This document shows positions 10,676 through 23,169 of a DNA stretch of 64,000 nt, in pieces. Within the stretch, counting starts at the first letter, position 1; each line of letters begins with the position of its first letter. Location of the stretch: assembly GCF_032444005.1 (NCBI RefSeq), contig NC_091285.1, forward strand, positions 13,206,001-13,270,000. Direction: 5' to 3'. Under the pieces are notes generated by a model, which had not been told where the DNA came from, did not search any database, and worked only from the letters and a program-made list of their open reading frames with translations. A program made the translations under genes and the position numbers. Source of the stretch: Ranitomeya imitator (taxonomy: Eukaryota).

Positions 10676-13583
10676 TTTATTTTCTATTATACATTACATA
10701 ACAATGGCCGTACGGGAGACAAATATATACCAGGATGGGGCACCTCATAGTTGCACCACTGAGGTCACACTATACAACTTTACAATAAAGCTATAGTGTG
10801 CAAAATTAATAGGGAAAATGTGAATTTGGGTGGAAAATATTTTGGCTTCGGGGGGGCCACCCATTAGAAAGTTTGCACCCGGGGCCCATAACTTTGTAGT
10901 TACACCACTGTGTGTTCGTATACTGCAGTGTTTGGGGCAGAACGGAATGAGGAATATACAGCGCTATATGGAGGGTATACAGTACAGTGTGGAAAGCGTA
11001 TAGGCATCAATAGCACAATGTGTGTATACGGCACTAGATGAACGGGATTGTGAAGGAAACCATTTTGTCATCCACCTTGTTCCCTGAATTAACCATGTAC
11101 ATGGACTTTACTCCAAGCATCCCCCAACCTTGAAGAACAAGTTCTGGACTCTGTATGACAGCAGGCCGTATCCATTGTGCTTGTCAGGATCACCCTGAAC
11201 ACTTACAATTCTATTGTTTACCTGTCTATATAATCCTGTGTGAGTCTAAATAAGCAGAAATTTACATTATGCACAAAATAATAGAAAAAAGCTGAATCCT
11301 CACATTAGCATTTATTTCCATATATACAGAGGCGCTGGGAGCTGCACACTCTATTCCAGATGAAAACATGAACAAAATAGACATTTTTGGAGTAAAAAGG
11401 AAAGAATCGGCTGCTCAAAAACTATCAGGGTCTGCATTTTCATTTACAAACTGGAATAGTAAGGCTATGCACACACGTTGTGGATTTTGATGCGTTTCCA
11501 CAGCGTTTTTGGACGCATGGAATTGCATCAAATCCGCAGTGTAGTGCACAATCAATGTTAGTCAATGGGAAGTTGAGATTTTTTTTGTGCACATGCTGCG
11601 GAAAAATACGCGCGGATTTGCAGCGTTTTATTTTGCGCAGCATGTCAATTCTTTTTGTGGATCTGCAGCGTTTCTGCACCCATTAACTTACATTGAGTAG
11701 GGCAGATCCACAGCAAAACCTCAGGTTTAAAAAGATCTGCGGTTTTGCTGTGGGTTGTGAGAAATGCTGGAGATCGGGAGGAGGAAGAGTGTGTGTGCGG
11801 TGACTATGTGTGTGGGTGGAGAAGATGTGTGTGTGTGTCTGCGGGTGTGTGGTGGTGTGTGCAGGTTTGTGTGTAGGCAGGCATCGTTCGATGGGACTAC
11901 TAGTCCTATCCGGCTAAGCCTGCTACAGTGACAGCTAGCCGATGATGGGACAGTCGTAGTCCCATCATCTGGCTACTGTGATCAAGTGTAAAAAAAAAGC
12001 AAAAAACACATATACAGTACATACTCACTATACAGCTAATCCCCAAGGCCCTCAATCAAAAAAATAAATATAATAATAAACCAACAATATACTCCCTGGT
12101 GCGATGCAATCCATTTAATAACGAGTGTCCCACGACGATCTCTCGTGTAGAGCTGTCACATCGCCGTTTCTGGAGCGGCTGTGAGCTAGTGTTTGTAACC
12201 AGGGGGGCCAATGTCCATGGTCCCTTCTTAGGCTATTAATATCAGCCCGCAGCTGTCTGCATAGCCTTTTCTGGCTATTATTTAATTTTTTTTTTAGGGC
12301 CCCCATATTTTAATAGCCAGTAAAGGCTAAATATACAGCTGCGGGCTGATATTCACAGCCTGGGAAGATCCATGGGTATTAACCCCTTCCTAGGTTATAA
12401 ACATCGCTCCACAGTCGCTGGCTTTCCCTCTCAAGTAAATAAATTAAAGTGGGCACCATCAACTAATATAGGGGTAATAGGTAAAGTTGGGATCACTTTG
12501 ATGCATGTGAAGCATAATATGTCATAAGAACTAGAGAAAAAGGCACATGCATAAAAACAGGATTACCACAATGTCTGAACAAAGTACAAAAGTTTTTATT
12601 TCCAAACCAGAAAACCACACACAATTCTAAAAAAACATCTAAAACATCCCAAAGGGATCATACATATTAGATCCAATATTTAGAATATAATATTCACCAG
12701 AATTATACACCTTTGGCTACACAAATATAGTATTTTTGTTAAATTATAGCATAATACTCCAAGCTGGTATTGCTAATGTATTGCCATCCATAATATGGTT
12801 GGTACCTAAAGCCTAAATAGTGGCATCAACATATTGCAATAACATTAGTAGTTACTAGGGTTTAAGTGTCTCAGGACCATTCACAATAACACTGGATTAC
12901 CCAAAAAATGCCTAAACAAAGGGTACATGTGTCCACGCAAGGGCAAACAGGTGGATATCGAAAGCAAGGCAAGTTAATACTTCACCCCAACCAGGCCACT
13001 GAAGTCGCCCCATAACCCTAGAAGCAGCAGTGCAGCCAGGTGGGAAGAGAGGACCCGCACGTTCCGACACTCGAAGTGTCTTTTTCAAGACACTCGCCTT
13101 TCTTCCTCTAAGGCCTCTTTTCCACTTGCGAGAAAAACGGATGAGTGCAATCCGATAAAAAAATCGGATTGCACTCGGACCAATGTTATTCAATAGGTGA
13201 CATTCCATTTGCGATTTTTTTCTCAGCTGAAATCGGACTGAGAAAAAAAATCACAGCATGCTGCGATTTGCTGCGAGTCTCGGACGAGACTCGCCAATGC
13301 AAGTCAATGGGTGCGAGAAAAAAAAACGCATGGATTACGGACTATCCGTATTCCATCCGTTTTTTACGGATACCTTACCATTCTGTGGCATAGGACACTG
13401 TAAATGGTCCTGTAAATGACTGTAAAAAATAGTTGCAGAGAAAAACAACGGATTGCATACGGATGTCATACGGATGTAAAACGGATGGTGCGATTAAAAA
13501 AATCGCATTGAACTCGCATGACAAATGCATACTTTTCATCCCTTTTTTTCGGTCCAGATTACGGACCGTTTTTTTTCTCGCAA

Positions 13584-13733
13584 NNNNNNNNNNNNNNNNN
13601 NNNNNNNNNNNNNNNNNNNNNNNNNNNNNNNNNNNNNNNNNNNNNNNNNNNNNNNNNNNNNNNNNNNNNNNNNNNNNNNNNNNNNNNNNNNNNNNNNNNN
13701 NNNNNNNNNNNNNNNNNNNNNNNNNNNNNNNNN
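13584..13733. other. N-run (150 nt)
   Basis: Direct reading. Confidence 0.99.
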
Positions 13734-14042
13734 TATTAACTTTCTATCTATAGATCTATCTGTTATCTATCTATAGGTCTATGTATCTATCTATCTACCT
13801 ATCTATAGATATATCTTTAAAAAAAAAGGTTAACTTCTTTGCACCGAAACGTCGCTATTATGGGCTAAATAAAACAGCTCTTCTTTCACAAATGACGGTG
13901 TGCTGCTCCCGTTTTTTGGATTCCTATAGATATATCCATAGATAGATAGATAGATAATACCAAGCACAATGTTTAGTAATAAACATAATAAAATGGTACA
14001 TAAAAAGATAAATAAAGACGCACACACACAAGATCTGTGTTA

Positions 14043-14225
14043 GGCTGGAGTCGCACTTGCGAGAAACTCTCACTAGTCTCGCACTTGAATACCCGGCACT
14101 GCCGCCGGAACTGGGACCGGAGCGTTGAGCTGCATAGAAATACATGGAGCCGCACACTCCAGTCCCGAGTGCCGGGTATTGAGGTGCGAGACTCGTGCGA
14201 GTTTCTCACAAGTGTGACCCCGGCC
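14043..14225. mobile_element. Harbinger-type MITE (~185 bp)
   Basis: TTA TSD on both sides; same family at 16846-17024 and 62114-62308. Confidence 0.8.
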
Positions 14226-15149
14226 TTAAACGCAATATCTGTTTAATTGATAAAAAAAATTAAAAAACAAATGGTGTGGGTCCCACGCAATTTTCTGCGC
14301 CAGAGAGGAAAAGCCAGCGACTGGGGGCCGATGTTTGTAGCCTGGGAAGGGGTTAATACCCATGGATCTTCCCAGACTATGAATATCAGCCCGCAGCCGT
14401 ATATTTTGCCTTCACTGGCTATTGAATTAGGGGGACCACCCCCAAAAAATGATGTGGGGTTCCCCTATAATTTATAGCCAGAAAGGCTATGCAGACAGCT
14501 GCGGGTTGATATTAATAGCCTAGAGAGGGGCCATGGATATTGCCCTCCCGCCCCCCTGGCTACAAACACCAGCTCCCAGCAGCTCCAGAAATGGCGCATA
14601 TGTAAGATGCGCCAATTCTGCCTCTCTCTTCTCACTGCCCTGTAGCAGTGGCATATGGGGCAATAAGGGGTTAATGTCACCTTTGATTGTTTCTCATAGG
14701 CACATCCACAGCAAAACCGCAGATCTTTTTTAAGCCTGCGGTTTTGTTGTGGATTTGCCTGACACAATGGAAGTCAATGGGTGCAGAAACGCTGCAGATC
14801 CGCAAAAAGAATTGACATGCTGCGGAAAATAAAACTCTGCAACGCTGTGCGTTTTTTTTCCTCAGCATGTGCACAAAAAAAATCTCAATTTCCCATTAAC
14901 TAACATTGCTTGTGCACTAGACTGCGGATTTGATGCAATTCCGAACGTCTGCACATAGCCTTACAGTATAAACTGAAGTTTGTTTCCGGACTTCACTTTT
15001 CTGTTAATCACTGAAGTAACATTTAGTTGTATAACCTTTATTTCTGATAACTGCTTTATATTTGTGTGGCGCGGAGTCACTGACATCTGACAACTGCGGA
15101 GAGATATTCCAGATATTCCACAGTTCTTGTGCATGATGACCGGTGTGCG

Positions 15150-16690
15150 ATAAATGCACCAAACTTGTACCATCTGCCGCTGCCTCTGCATGGTTCCCCT
15201 CCTCCCACCATGCTGGGACGCCGGCTACCTCACCACTTCGGCTACAGCAGCATCCTCTTCCCCCTCACGACCTCATCTGCAGAGCTGCTTCTAAACCTTA
15301 TATCCCTCCTTCTAAACACAACATAAGGCCTACATTCTCCTCCTACCTCCTCTCGCTCTATCTGCTCCTCCTCACTACTGGTCACCAGTAGTGATGAGCG
15401 AGTATACTCTTTTGCTCGGGTTTTCCCAAGCATGCTCGGGTGATCTCTGAGTATTTGTTAGTGTTCGGAGATTAAGTTTTCATCGCCTCAGCTGAGTGAT
15501 TTACAGCTACTAGCCAGCTTGATTACATGTGGGGACTCCCTAGCAACCAGGCAACCCCCACATGTACTCAGGCTGGCTAGTAGCTGTAAATCATTCAGCT
15601 GCCGCGATGAAAACTAAATCTCCGAACACTAACATATACTCAGAGATCACCCATGCATGCACGGGAAAACCCGAGCAACGAGTATACTCGCTCATCACTA
15701 CTGGTGACATATCTCCCAATTCTGAACCTTCAAAACTAAATACCAACTAATATTTTTCCATCCTGTTATTCCCCAGCTACTATAAACCTCTCCTGCTTAA
15801 TACCTACCCACTTGACCCCCAACTCCATCTTTCTGAAGCACTATGGAATGTGCCGTTCCACCTGAAACAAACTCCATGCCATTCATGATCTCTTTACCTT
15901 TCTCAATTTATCCTTTCTGGGCCTGAGAAACACGGCTGCCACCCTCACCTGCTGTGTTATGTGGCCTTCACTTCACCCACGCTCTTCGCCCTGACAATAG
16001 ACATTGTGGGAGAGTTGGCATTCTCCTTTCTAACAACTGCACCTTCAACCCAATCCTACATCTACGCTCCCTTCATTTGAAGTGCATTATGTCCTTATCC
16101 ACTCTCCAAGTGGACGTGTGTTACATACCTGTCCCAGATCCTGGTCCTCCTCCCTTCACATCAGGCTTTGCAGGTTGCCCGACATACAGTATGACCCATT
16201 ATGACACACACCTGTATCTTCGGATTGCTGTTCAAGACTAGTGTTGCGCATGCCACTTCCTATCCAGCTGTCCATCCAGCTGCTCCCAAGACTCCTGTGT
16301 GTGCCACGTCCTTGCGTCCCACGTACTATCCTATCCTACTAGCTACAGCAATGGCGCGGGCCCGTGTACCTACCTTGGGCTTAGCGGGTACACTTCACAA
16401 GGCGAGCCTGACACCATCATATAGCGACCCGTGGGCTCCGTTTTCATAGATCATTTCTCCACTTTCTCTCTGCTGACGTTCCCACCGTCACCGTAGACTA
16501 CTTCAAAGCACCAGCTGACACCCACCAATCTGCAGCCTGCAAACTCTTATCACTTGCTTCACTATTTGGTCCCATACAATGATTCTCCACATTTATCCAC
16601 ACAGACGGAGATGCACTAGATTTTATCTTCACCCACTATCTTCTTATTTTCTCATCCCTGTCCTCTTCACCTGCTCCAAGTCCCGCAGCT
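15150..16690 (+). mobile_element. L2 LINE ORF2 5' part (endonuclease), degraded
   Basis: LLLLTTGDISPNS (split by a MITE), ALWN..NKLHAIHDLF, THTDGDALDFIFT. Confidence 0.82.
15389..15700. mobile_element. hAT MITE (TAGTGATGAGC family)
   Basis: TIR TAGTGATGAGCGAGTATACTC at both ends; palindromic interior. Confidence 0.88.
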
Positions 16691-16845
16691 AGCGCATGTA
16701 CAAGAAAGGCTGGGATGAAGAAGACAATGTGGCAACAGGGGTTTGTGATGATGATGTTTCGTCCTATGCATTAATGTGTGATACTGTTATAGTTTTTCCT
16801 TATGGCCAGTGTTGTGTGTTCGGTTCTCCTATAGGCTATGCCTAA

Positions 16846-17024
16846 GGCCGGACGGAGTCACACTACAGCGAGATACGGCCGAGTCTCGCAGGTTAAAAAC
16901 AAGCTCTGGCATCGGGACTACATGTATTGCTGTGCGGCCGCCCGCTCCGCTCTGGAGTGCCGGTGCCAGAGCTTAGTTTTAACCTGCGAGACTTGGCCGT
17001 ATCGCGCTGTGTGTGATCCCGACC
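16846..17024. mobile_element. Harbinger-type MITE
   Basis: TAA TSD; inverted termini. Confidence 0.8.
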
Positions 17025-17231
17025 TAAGGCTGTTCCTGGGAATTTGGGAGGTCTGCCTACTAGTGGAAATATACATCATGCAGTAGATAGGGGTACAGTT
17101 TGCCCTACACTAGGGATTAGTTAATATTGGGATTAGCCCACACTTTCAGATGGATTAGATGAGCTTTTATAGAAAATGTTTTATGAGTTATACTCAGTCA
17201 GAGTTCTGAGTGGAGTGGAGAGCAAGGCTAA

Positions 17232-17637
17232 GGCTATGTGCACACGTTGCGGATTAGCCTTAGGAATTTCTGGTGCGGATTCTGCCTCTCCTGGCAGAAA
17301 ACGCACCTGTGGATTTGTCGCATTTTTTATGCGGTTCCGCAGGGTTTTTTTGTGCATTTTTGCTGTGGTTTTCTTGCAAATTTGCTGCGTTTTTTACCCC
17401 TGCGGTTTTCTATAATGGAATGGGTACAAAAACGCTGCAGATTCACAAAAAAGAAGTGACATGCTACGTCTTTTAAACCGCAGCATTTCCGCAGCGGATT
17501 TTCCGCAAAGTGTGCACAGCATTTTTTTTTTCTCATTGATTTACATTGTACTTTAAATCAATTGCGGATCTGCAGCGTTTCTGCACCTCAAAAAACGCTG
17601 CGGATCCGCAGAGAATCCACAACGTGTGCACATACCC
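17232..17637. mobile_element. Harbinger-type MITE (GGCTATGTGCACAC termini)
   Basis: TAA TSD on both sides; internal GCTGC/GCAGC palindromes. Confidence 0.82.
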
Positions 17638-17674
17638 TAAACAAAGCAGAGTTAGCTGGTTCTAGTGCAGCTAA

Positions 17675-18035
17675 GGCTACTTTCACACTAGCGTTGTGTG
17701 ACGTACGTCGCAATGCGTCGTTTTGGAAAAAAAAAACGCATCCTGCAAAGTTGCCCGCAGGATGCTGTTTTTCCATAGACTTGCATTAGCCGACACATTA
17801 CGGATGCGTCATATTTTGGCGGACCGTCGGCTCAAAAAAAGTTGCATGTAACTTTTTTTTGTGCGTCGTCTCCGCCATTTCCGACAGCGCATGCCCCGGA
17901 CATTACAATGGGGCAGCGGATGCATTGTAAAACTGCATCTGCTGCCCCCGTTGTTCATTTTTTTCGCAGTTTGCGTCAGTACGTCGGGCCGACGCATGGT
18001 GATGGCCCCGTACCGACGCTAGCGTGAAAGTAGCC
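17675..18035. mobile_element. Harbinger-type MITE (GGCTACTTTCAC termini)
   Basis: TAA TSD; GGCTACTTTCACACTAGC / GCTAGCGTGAAAGTAGCC. Confidence 0.85.
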
Positions 18036-18174
18036 TAAGCTGCAGCAGAAGACGACAGGACAGTTCAGTATAAGTTTCCTAGAAGATTGAGGACACATCT
18101 TCGGTCACGTCTGGATGTGGGACAGTCTTTGGACCTAAGGTCCAGAAGAGGCATAGAGAGTCACGTCTGTTAGG

Positions 18175-18958
18175 TGTTGAGTTCCCGCTGCTGCACAGGG
18201 GGAATCTCAAACCATGTCCACTGCGGTCTTACATTCTCCTCCAGCCGCAGTGGAACCTGCTCAGCAGAGACGTCGATCCCAGCTTCTGGCTCAAGCTGAT
18301 ACTGTGCGCTTGGGTACTGCTGCATTTCCAGGCTCTGCCTTTGTAGCCAGCACTGTTCAGCAGCAAGCAGGTGTTTCAGGGACTAAGTCCTGCTTTTCCC
18401 ACACTGAGCATGCCGACGGGACCACCTCACATTGGAGGTCGGAGGTCACATGCTCAGGTCCTGTTGCGGCTCTCATTGGACCATCAGGAAGGTCCCGGAG
18501 CGCTACTGCTATAAAATGTGTGTGTGTATGTGTGCGTGTGCGTGTCATCGTGCGCAGATAGTGCGCTTTCCTGGCCCTAGTTAGGGTAGTTAGTGGCGTC
18601 CGCAAGAGTGGCGCTGCACGCACTCCGGAGCGGTACATATTTACTTTAGTTGTTTCCCTGGTACCGCAGTAGTGGTGTCGAGCACAAGAGATCTAGAGAG
18701 ACTCTTACCCTGAGTCTTGGGGCAGAGTTCTGTGTCGCCTTGCTTGCGCTCTCTGTGCGGTATCGCGGCCCTGAGACGCAACAGGGTACGCTTCCTTCAT
18801 ACCTGGTGAAGCTAACCCGTGTGCGTACTCACATTATACTGCCACATATTCCATCATTACCAAGCAGCAGGTGTCTTAGCTGCACGGTGGACCCTGAACT
18901 GCGAACGCACCTTATATCGTCTTTAATTATTATTTGGTGCGTTCCGCCAGTCTCAACA
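18175..18958 (+). mobile_element. Solo-LTR-like element
   Basis: TGTTGAG...CTCAACA termini and an internal TATAAAA; no matching TSD. Confidence 0.55.
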
Positions 18959-19329
18959 ACTTCTCTGTCTCTCTGATAAGGAAGATGTCAGCCGGGTCGC
19001 AGAGTGAGGTGAAGATGGTGGGTCTCTGGACAGGACAGAGACAAGGGCTGATGGATCACAAAACATGGGAGCGTCACTAAAAAGAGCCTTTATCTAAATC
19101 TGTGTGCTGAAGCCATGGGTAAATGAATTGCACATTAAAGTCAGACCTGTTATCCCGGACCCAAGGTCTTGTGTCTTGTTTGTAGCCAGAATCGGTCCCC
19201 TGGACGGGAAGGTAACGAGGGCTCCAGAAGCCAAAGTGAGTAAAGAACGTACTCCACCACACCACACACTCCATCCAGACGTCCGTTCAGAAGAGAGGTT
19301 GTGAGGCAACCGGAAACTCAGTTCTGGCC

Positions 19330-19800
19330 TACAGCAAACACGTGTGCCCCGGCCTTGCTTCATGCACCTACACAAAAACCTCACACACATCAACATTCAC
19401 ACACTTTGACTTTATACTACTGCTGTCCTCCATATCTTCACTCCAAGACAGGAACAGAAATAGTTATCAACAGTGCCACACATCCATCAGCTATCGATCG
19501 CCCATCTCGTGCACGGTGGAGTGCGACAAATCAATAGACAACCCTGGAACAACAACCTCAGCAAAAATCTTCAACATGTGTCCAGCAGCGCAGGGTGCTG
19601 TATGAAAACGCACTCACAGGGAGACTTCATCATAGTCAAGTCAGCTCTCACCTCTGCTAAATAAGATGTCAGATCCCTCATATCTTCTCTACCACATAGC
19701 CTCGAACAGTTGTTCAACAGTTAGTTCCCTTCTCCATCATTTCTGCAGAAGACTTTGCTGCACATTTCAAAAACAAGATCGACCAAATCATACTGAGCTT
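19330..19800 (+). mobile_element. L2 ORF2 middle fragment
   Basis: RQINRQPWNNN, KSALTSAK, SAEDFAAHFKNKIDQI. Confidence 0.8.
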
Positions 19801-20688
19801 TAACCCCTTCCCAACATTTGCAGTATATATAGACGTCATGGAACGGAAGGACTTCCTGGCCGATAAGGTATATATGTTGTGTCGATCACCAGCGCAAAGG
19901 AGTTGACACCCGTCTCTCTCTGCCAGGGGGGGTGCACGCACCGTTCCGGGCAGTTTAGCCTCCTAAGTACTGCTACTGATTGCAGCATTTAGAAGGGACG
20001 GAGAAGGAGCTCCCTCTCTCCACCGATTGACGTCATCTCAAGTGCCAGATTGTTGCCATGGTGACCCGAAGTTGACGACATTCAGGTCACCTAGCTACAG
20101 CAAACCGCCCAGACCATGAGCAGAGCATAGTCTAAAAGGTTTGCATCACATTTGTAAAAAAAAATAAAATTCAAAAATAAAAAAATATCGTACACACAAC
20201 TAATTTTTTTTTATGTAAAAAAAAAAGTACTCATTTGGTATCAGACTCATTTGGTATCAGCGCGTCCGGAACAACCCGACCTATAAAACTGCCACTAGTA
20301 AACACCAAGAAAATAATTAAAAAAAACTTTTTTTTTTATCATGCCGACGAACAAAAAATGGAATAAAATGAAAACAAAAAACGGATGTAAATAAAAATGG
20401 TATCTCTGAAAACTTTATATTGTCCCTCAAAAAATATGCCGCAATACAGCTCTATTAGTCAAAAATAAAAAAGCTATAGCTCTCCAAACACTACGATAGA
20501 AAAATAATTTTTTTCTTTAAAACAGTTTTTATTGTGTAAAAGCGCCAAAATATAAAAACAATACCGTATATACTCGAGTATAAGCCGACCCCCCTAATTT
20601 TGCCACAAAAAAACTGAAAACTTAATGAATAATTTTTTTCTTTAAAACAGTTTTTATTGTGTAAAAGCGCCAAAATATAAAAACAATA

Positions 20689-21974
20689 CCGTATATACTC
20701 GAGTATAAGCCGACCCCCCTAATTTTGCCACAAAAAAACTGAAAACTTAATGACTCGAGTATAAGCCTAGGGTGGAAAATGCAGCAGCTACCGGTAAATG
20801 TCAAAAATAAAAATAGATACCAATAAAAGTAAAATTAATTGAGACATCAGTAGGTTGTGTTTTTGAATATCCATATTGAATCAGGAGCCCCATATAATGC
20901 TCCATACAGTTCATGATGGGCCCCATATAATGCCCCATATAATGCTCCATACAGTTTATGATGGGCCCCATAAGATGCTCAATATTGAAATATGCCCCAT
21001 ATAATACTGCACAAATGCTGATTATGGCCCCATAAGATGCTCCATACAGACATTTGCCCCATATAATGCTGCACAAATTTTGATTATGACCCCATAAGAT
21101 GCTCCATAGAGACATTTGCCCCGTACAATGCTCCACAAATGCTGATTATGGCCCCATAAGATGCTCCATAGAGACATTTGCCCCATATAATGCTGCACAA
21201 ATGCTGATTATGGCCCCATAAGATGCTCCATAGAGACATTTGCCCCATATAATGCTGCACAAATGCTGATTATGGCCCCATAAGATGCTCCATAGAGACA
21301 TTTAACCCATATAATGCTGCACAAATGCTGATTATGGCCCCATAAGATGTTCCATAGAGATATTTGCCCCCATATAATGCTGATTATGGCTCCATAAGAT
21401 GCTCCATAGAGATATTTGCCCCCATATAATGCTGCACATGGCCCAATAAGATGCTCCATATAAATATTTGCCCCATATAACGCTGCACATGGCTCCATAA
21501 GATTCTCCATAGAGATATTTGCCCCATGTAACGCTGCACATGGCCCCATAAGATACTCCATATAAATATTTGCCCCATATAACGCTGCACATGGCCCCAT
21601 AAGATACTCCATATAAATATTTGCCCCATATAACGCTGCACATGGCCCCATAAGATTCTCCATAGAGATATTTGCCCCCATATAATGCTGCACATGGCCC
21701 CATAAGATGCTCCATAGAGATATTTGCCCCCATATAATGCTGCACATGGCCCCATAAGATGCTCGATAGAGACAGCTCAATACAGGAAAAAGCTGTCAGC
21801 TCCCGGAGAACGAGGGACGTCCAGGGACCGCGTCAGGAGCAGGTGAGTATGATTAGACAGCTGGCGCTCCCCCTCCCCTGCCGACCCTGGCAATGACTCG
21901 AGTATAAGCTAAGAGGGGCAATTTCAGCCTAAAAAATGGGCTGAAATTCTCGGCTTATACTCGAGTATATACGG
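20689..21974. mobile_element. Tc1/mariner (Tc2-like) non-autonomous element carrying a minisatellite
   Basis: TA-CCGTATATACTCGAGTATAAGCCGA...TCGGCTTATACTCGAGTATATACGG-TA; left end duplicated at 20564. Confidence 0.82.
20885..21770. repeat. Minisatellite, 62-bp units grading into 51-52-bp units
   Basis: GCCCCATATAATGCTGCACA(AATGCTGATT)ATGGCCCCATAAGATGCTCCATAGAGA. Confidence 0.92.
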
Positions 21975-23169
21975 TAAGTGTGGTATCACTGTAATTGTTC
22001 TGACTCGAAGAATAAAGCTGCCTTTTCAATTTCATGGTTTGCGGACTGGCATAAAAAATAATCCTAAATTTGCTTTTTTCGTTCATTCTGCTTCCCTAAA
22101 ATTGGAATAGAAAGCGATCAAAAAATGTTGTGACTGGAAAATGGTACAAATAAAAACATCAGCTCATCCCATAAAAGCAAGCACTAATATCACTGTTGTC
22201 AGAAATATTGAAAAATTATAGCACTCAAAATATAGTGATGCAAAATCTTGTTTTTGCAAAAGAAAAGCGCCTTTAGTTTGTAACAGCTGCCAAACATGAA
22301 AAAAAAATATATACATCTGGTATCGCTGTAATCTACTGAATAACACATAATAATCATTTATAATGCACGAGGAACACCGTAAAAAATAAATAAAACCAAT
22401 TATTCACCTGCTGCTGATTTGTTCATTCTGCCTCCCAAAGATTGCAGTAAGGCTCGGCTCACATTTATTCTGCGCTCTACTCTGAGCTCTTACACCAGTA
22501 TTTCCATGTAAATGTCTGAAATACGAGATAGTCTTAATTTGACATCGGCAGTAATTACCCTCCATTGTGACCAGTTTAATCCCCTACCAAAAAAAAAATA
22601 AACTTTTTCGTGAACTAAGGATTTTGGGAACACGCTGCAAACACACCTTTCCAAAACTTGTATCTGTTATATGATGCTCAGCAAAAGATTGCATTATAGA
22701 AGATTGCAGGTTGGTACATGTCTCCATTAGCAAACAATTGCATCATAGAAGATCGCAGGTTGGTACATGTCTCCATTTACTGCATCTTAGAGGCAGGGGC
22801 AGGCAGGGCCGGGTGGCAGAAAGGCAAATGCCCCCTGGGCCGCTCCCCCAGCAGCAGTACAGGGCCGGCCGCCTGATGGAAAGTCTGCGCGGTGTACTGT
22901 GATGCAGCCGGCAGCAGACACAGCCACATCACAGTCTATCAGTGCACAAGTCTGCGTCGGGGCCAGGAGCTATGCACGGCCGTCACCTTGATGGCTGCAC
23001 AGCTCCTGCTCCCTCCATGTTCTCTGTACTTCCAGGTCAGGTGTCGCGCATGCATGGTGACATCATCGCGCACTCGCCGACATGTCCCGGATGCTGGAAG
23101 CAGAGAGGCGCTGCAGGGGAGCGACTGGTGAGGTAAGTATGAAAAACCTTTTTGTTTTCTTTATAAGAT

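Larger units (their letters stand above)
9458..10910. mobile_element. Non-autonomous hAT element with nested inserts
   Basis: TIRs CAGGGGCGTAACTAC / GTAGTTACACCACTG; perfect 8-bp TSD TGTGTTCG (9450-9457, 10911-10918). Confidence 0.88.
11463..14960. mobile_element. Composite Harbinger-like element (GGCTATG termini) with nested MITEs, a Penelope-like fragment and microsatellites
   Basis: Inverted arms 11463-11750 and 14690-14960; TAA/TTA flanks; the paralogous empty site is visible near 62765-62790. Confidence 0.72.
19804..22450. mobile_element. piggyBac-like non-autonomous element (left end only identified)
   Basis: TTAA-CCCCTT start right where the L2 breaks; A-rich modular interior; right terminus not found. 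Confidence 0.45.

Noticed and set aside
18960-19330. Possible Gypsy pol fragment
   Set aside because: Only a vague resemblance in one short frame, with no diagnostic RT or integrase motif
22690-22790. CRISPR-like direct repeats (about 31-39 bp repeat, 49-bp period)
   Set aside because: Only about 2 units, in a vertebrate context with no cas genes; a simple tandem duplication
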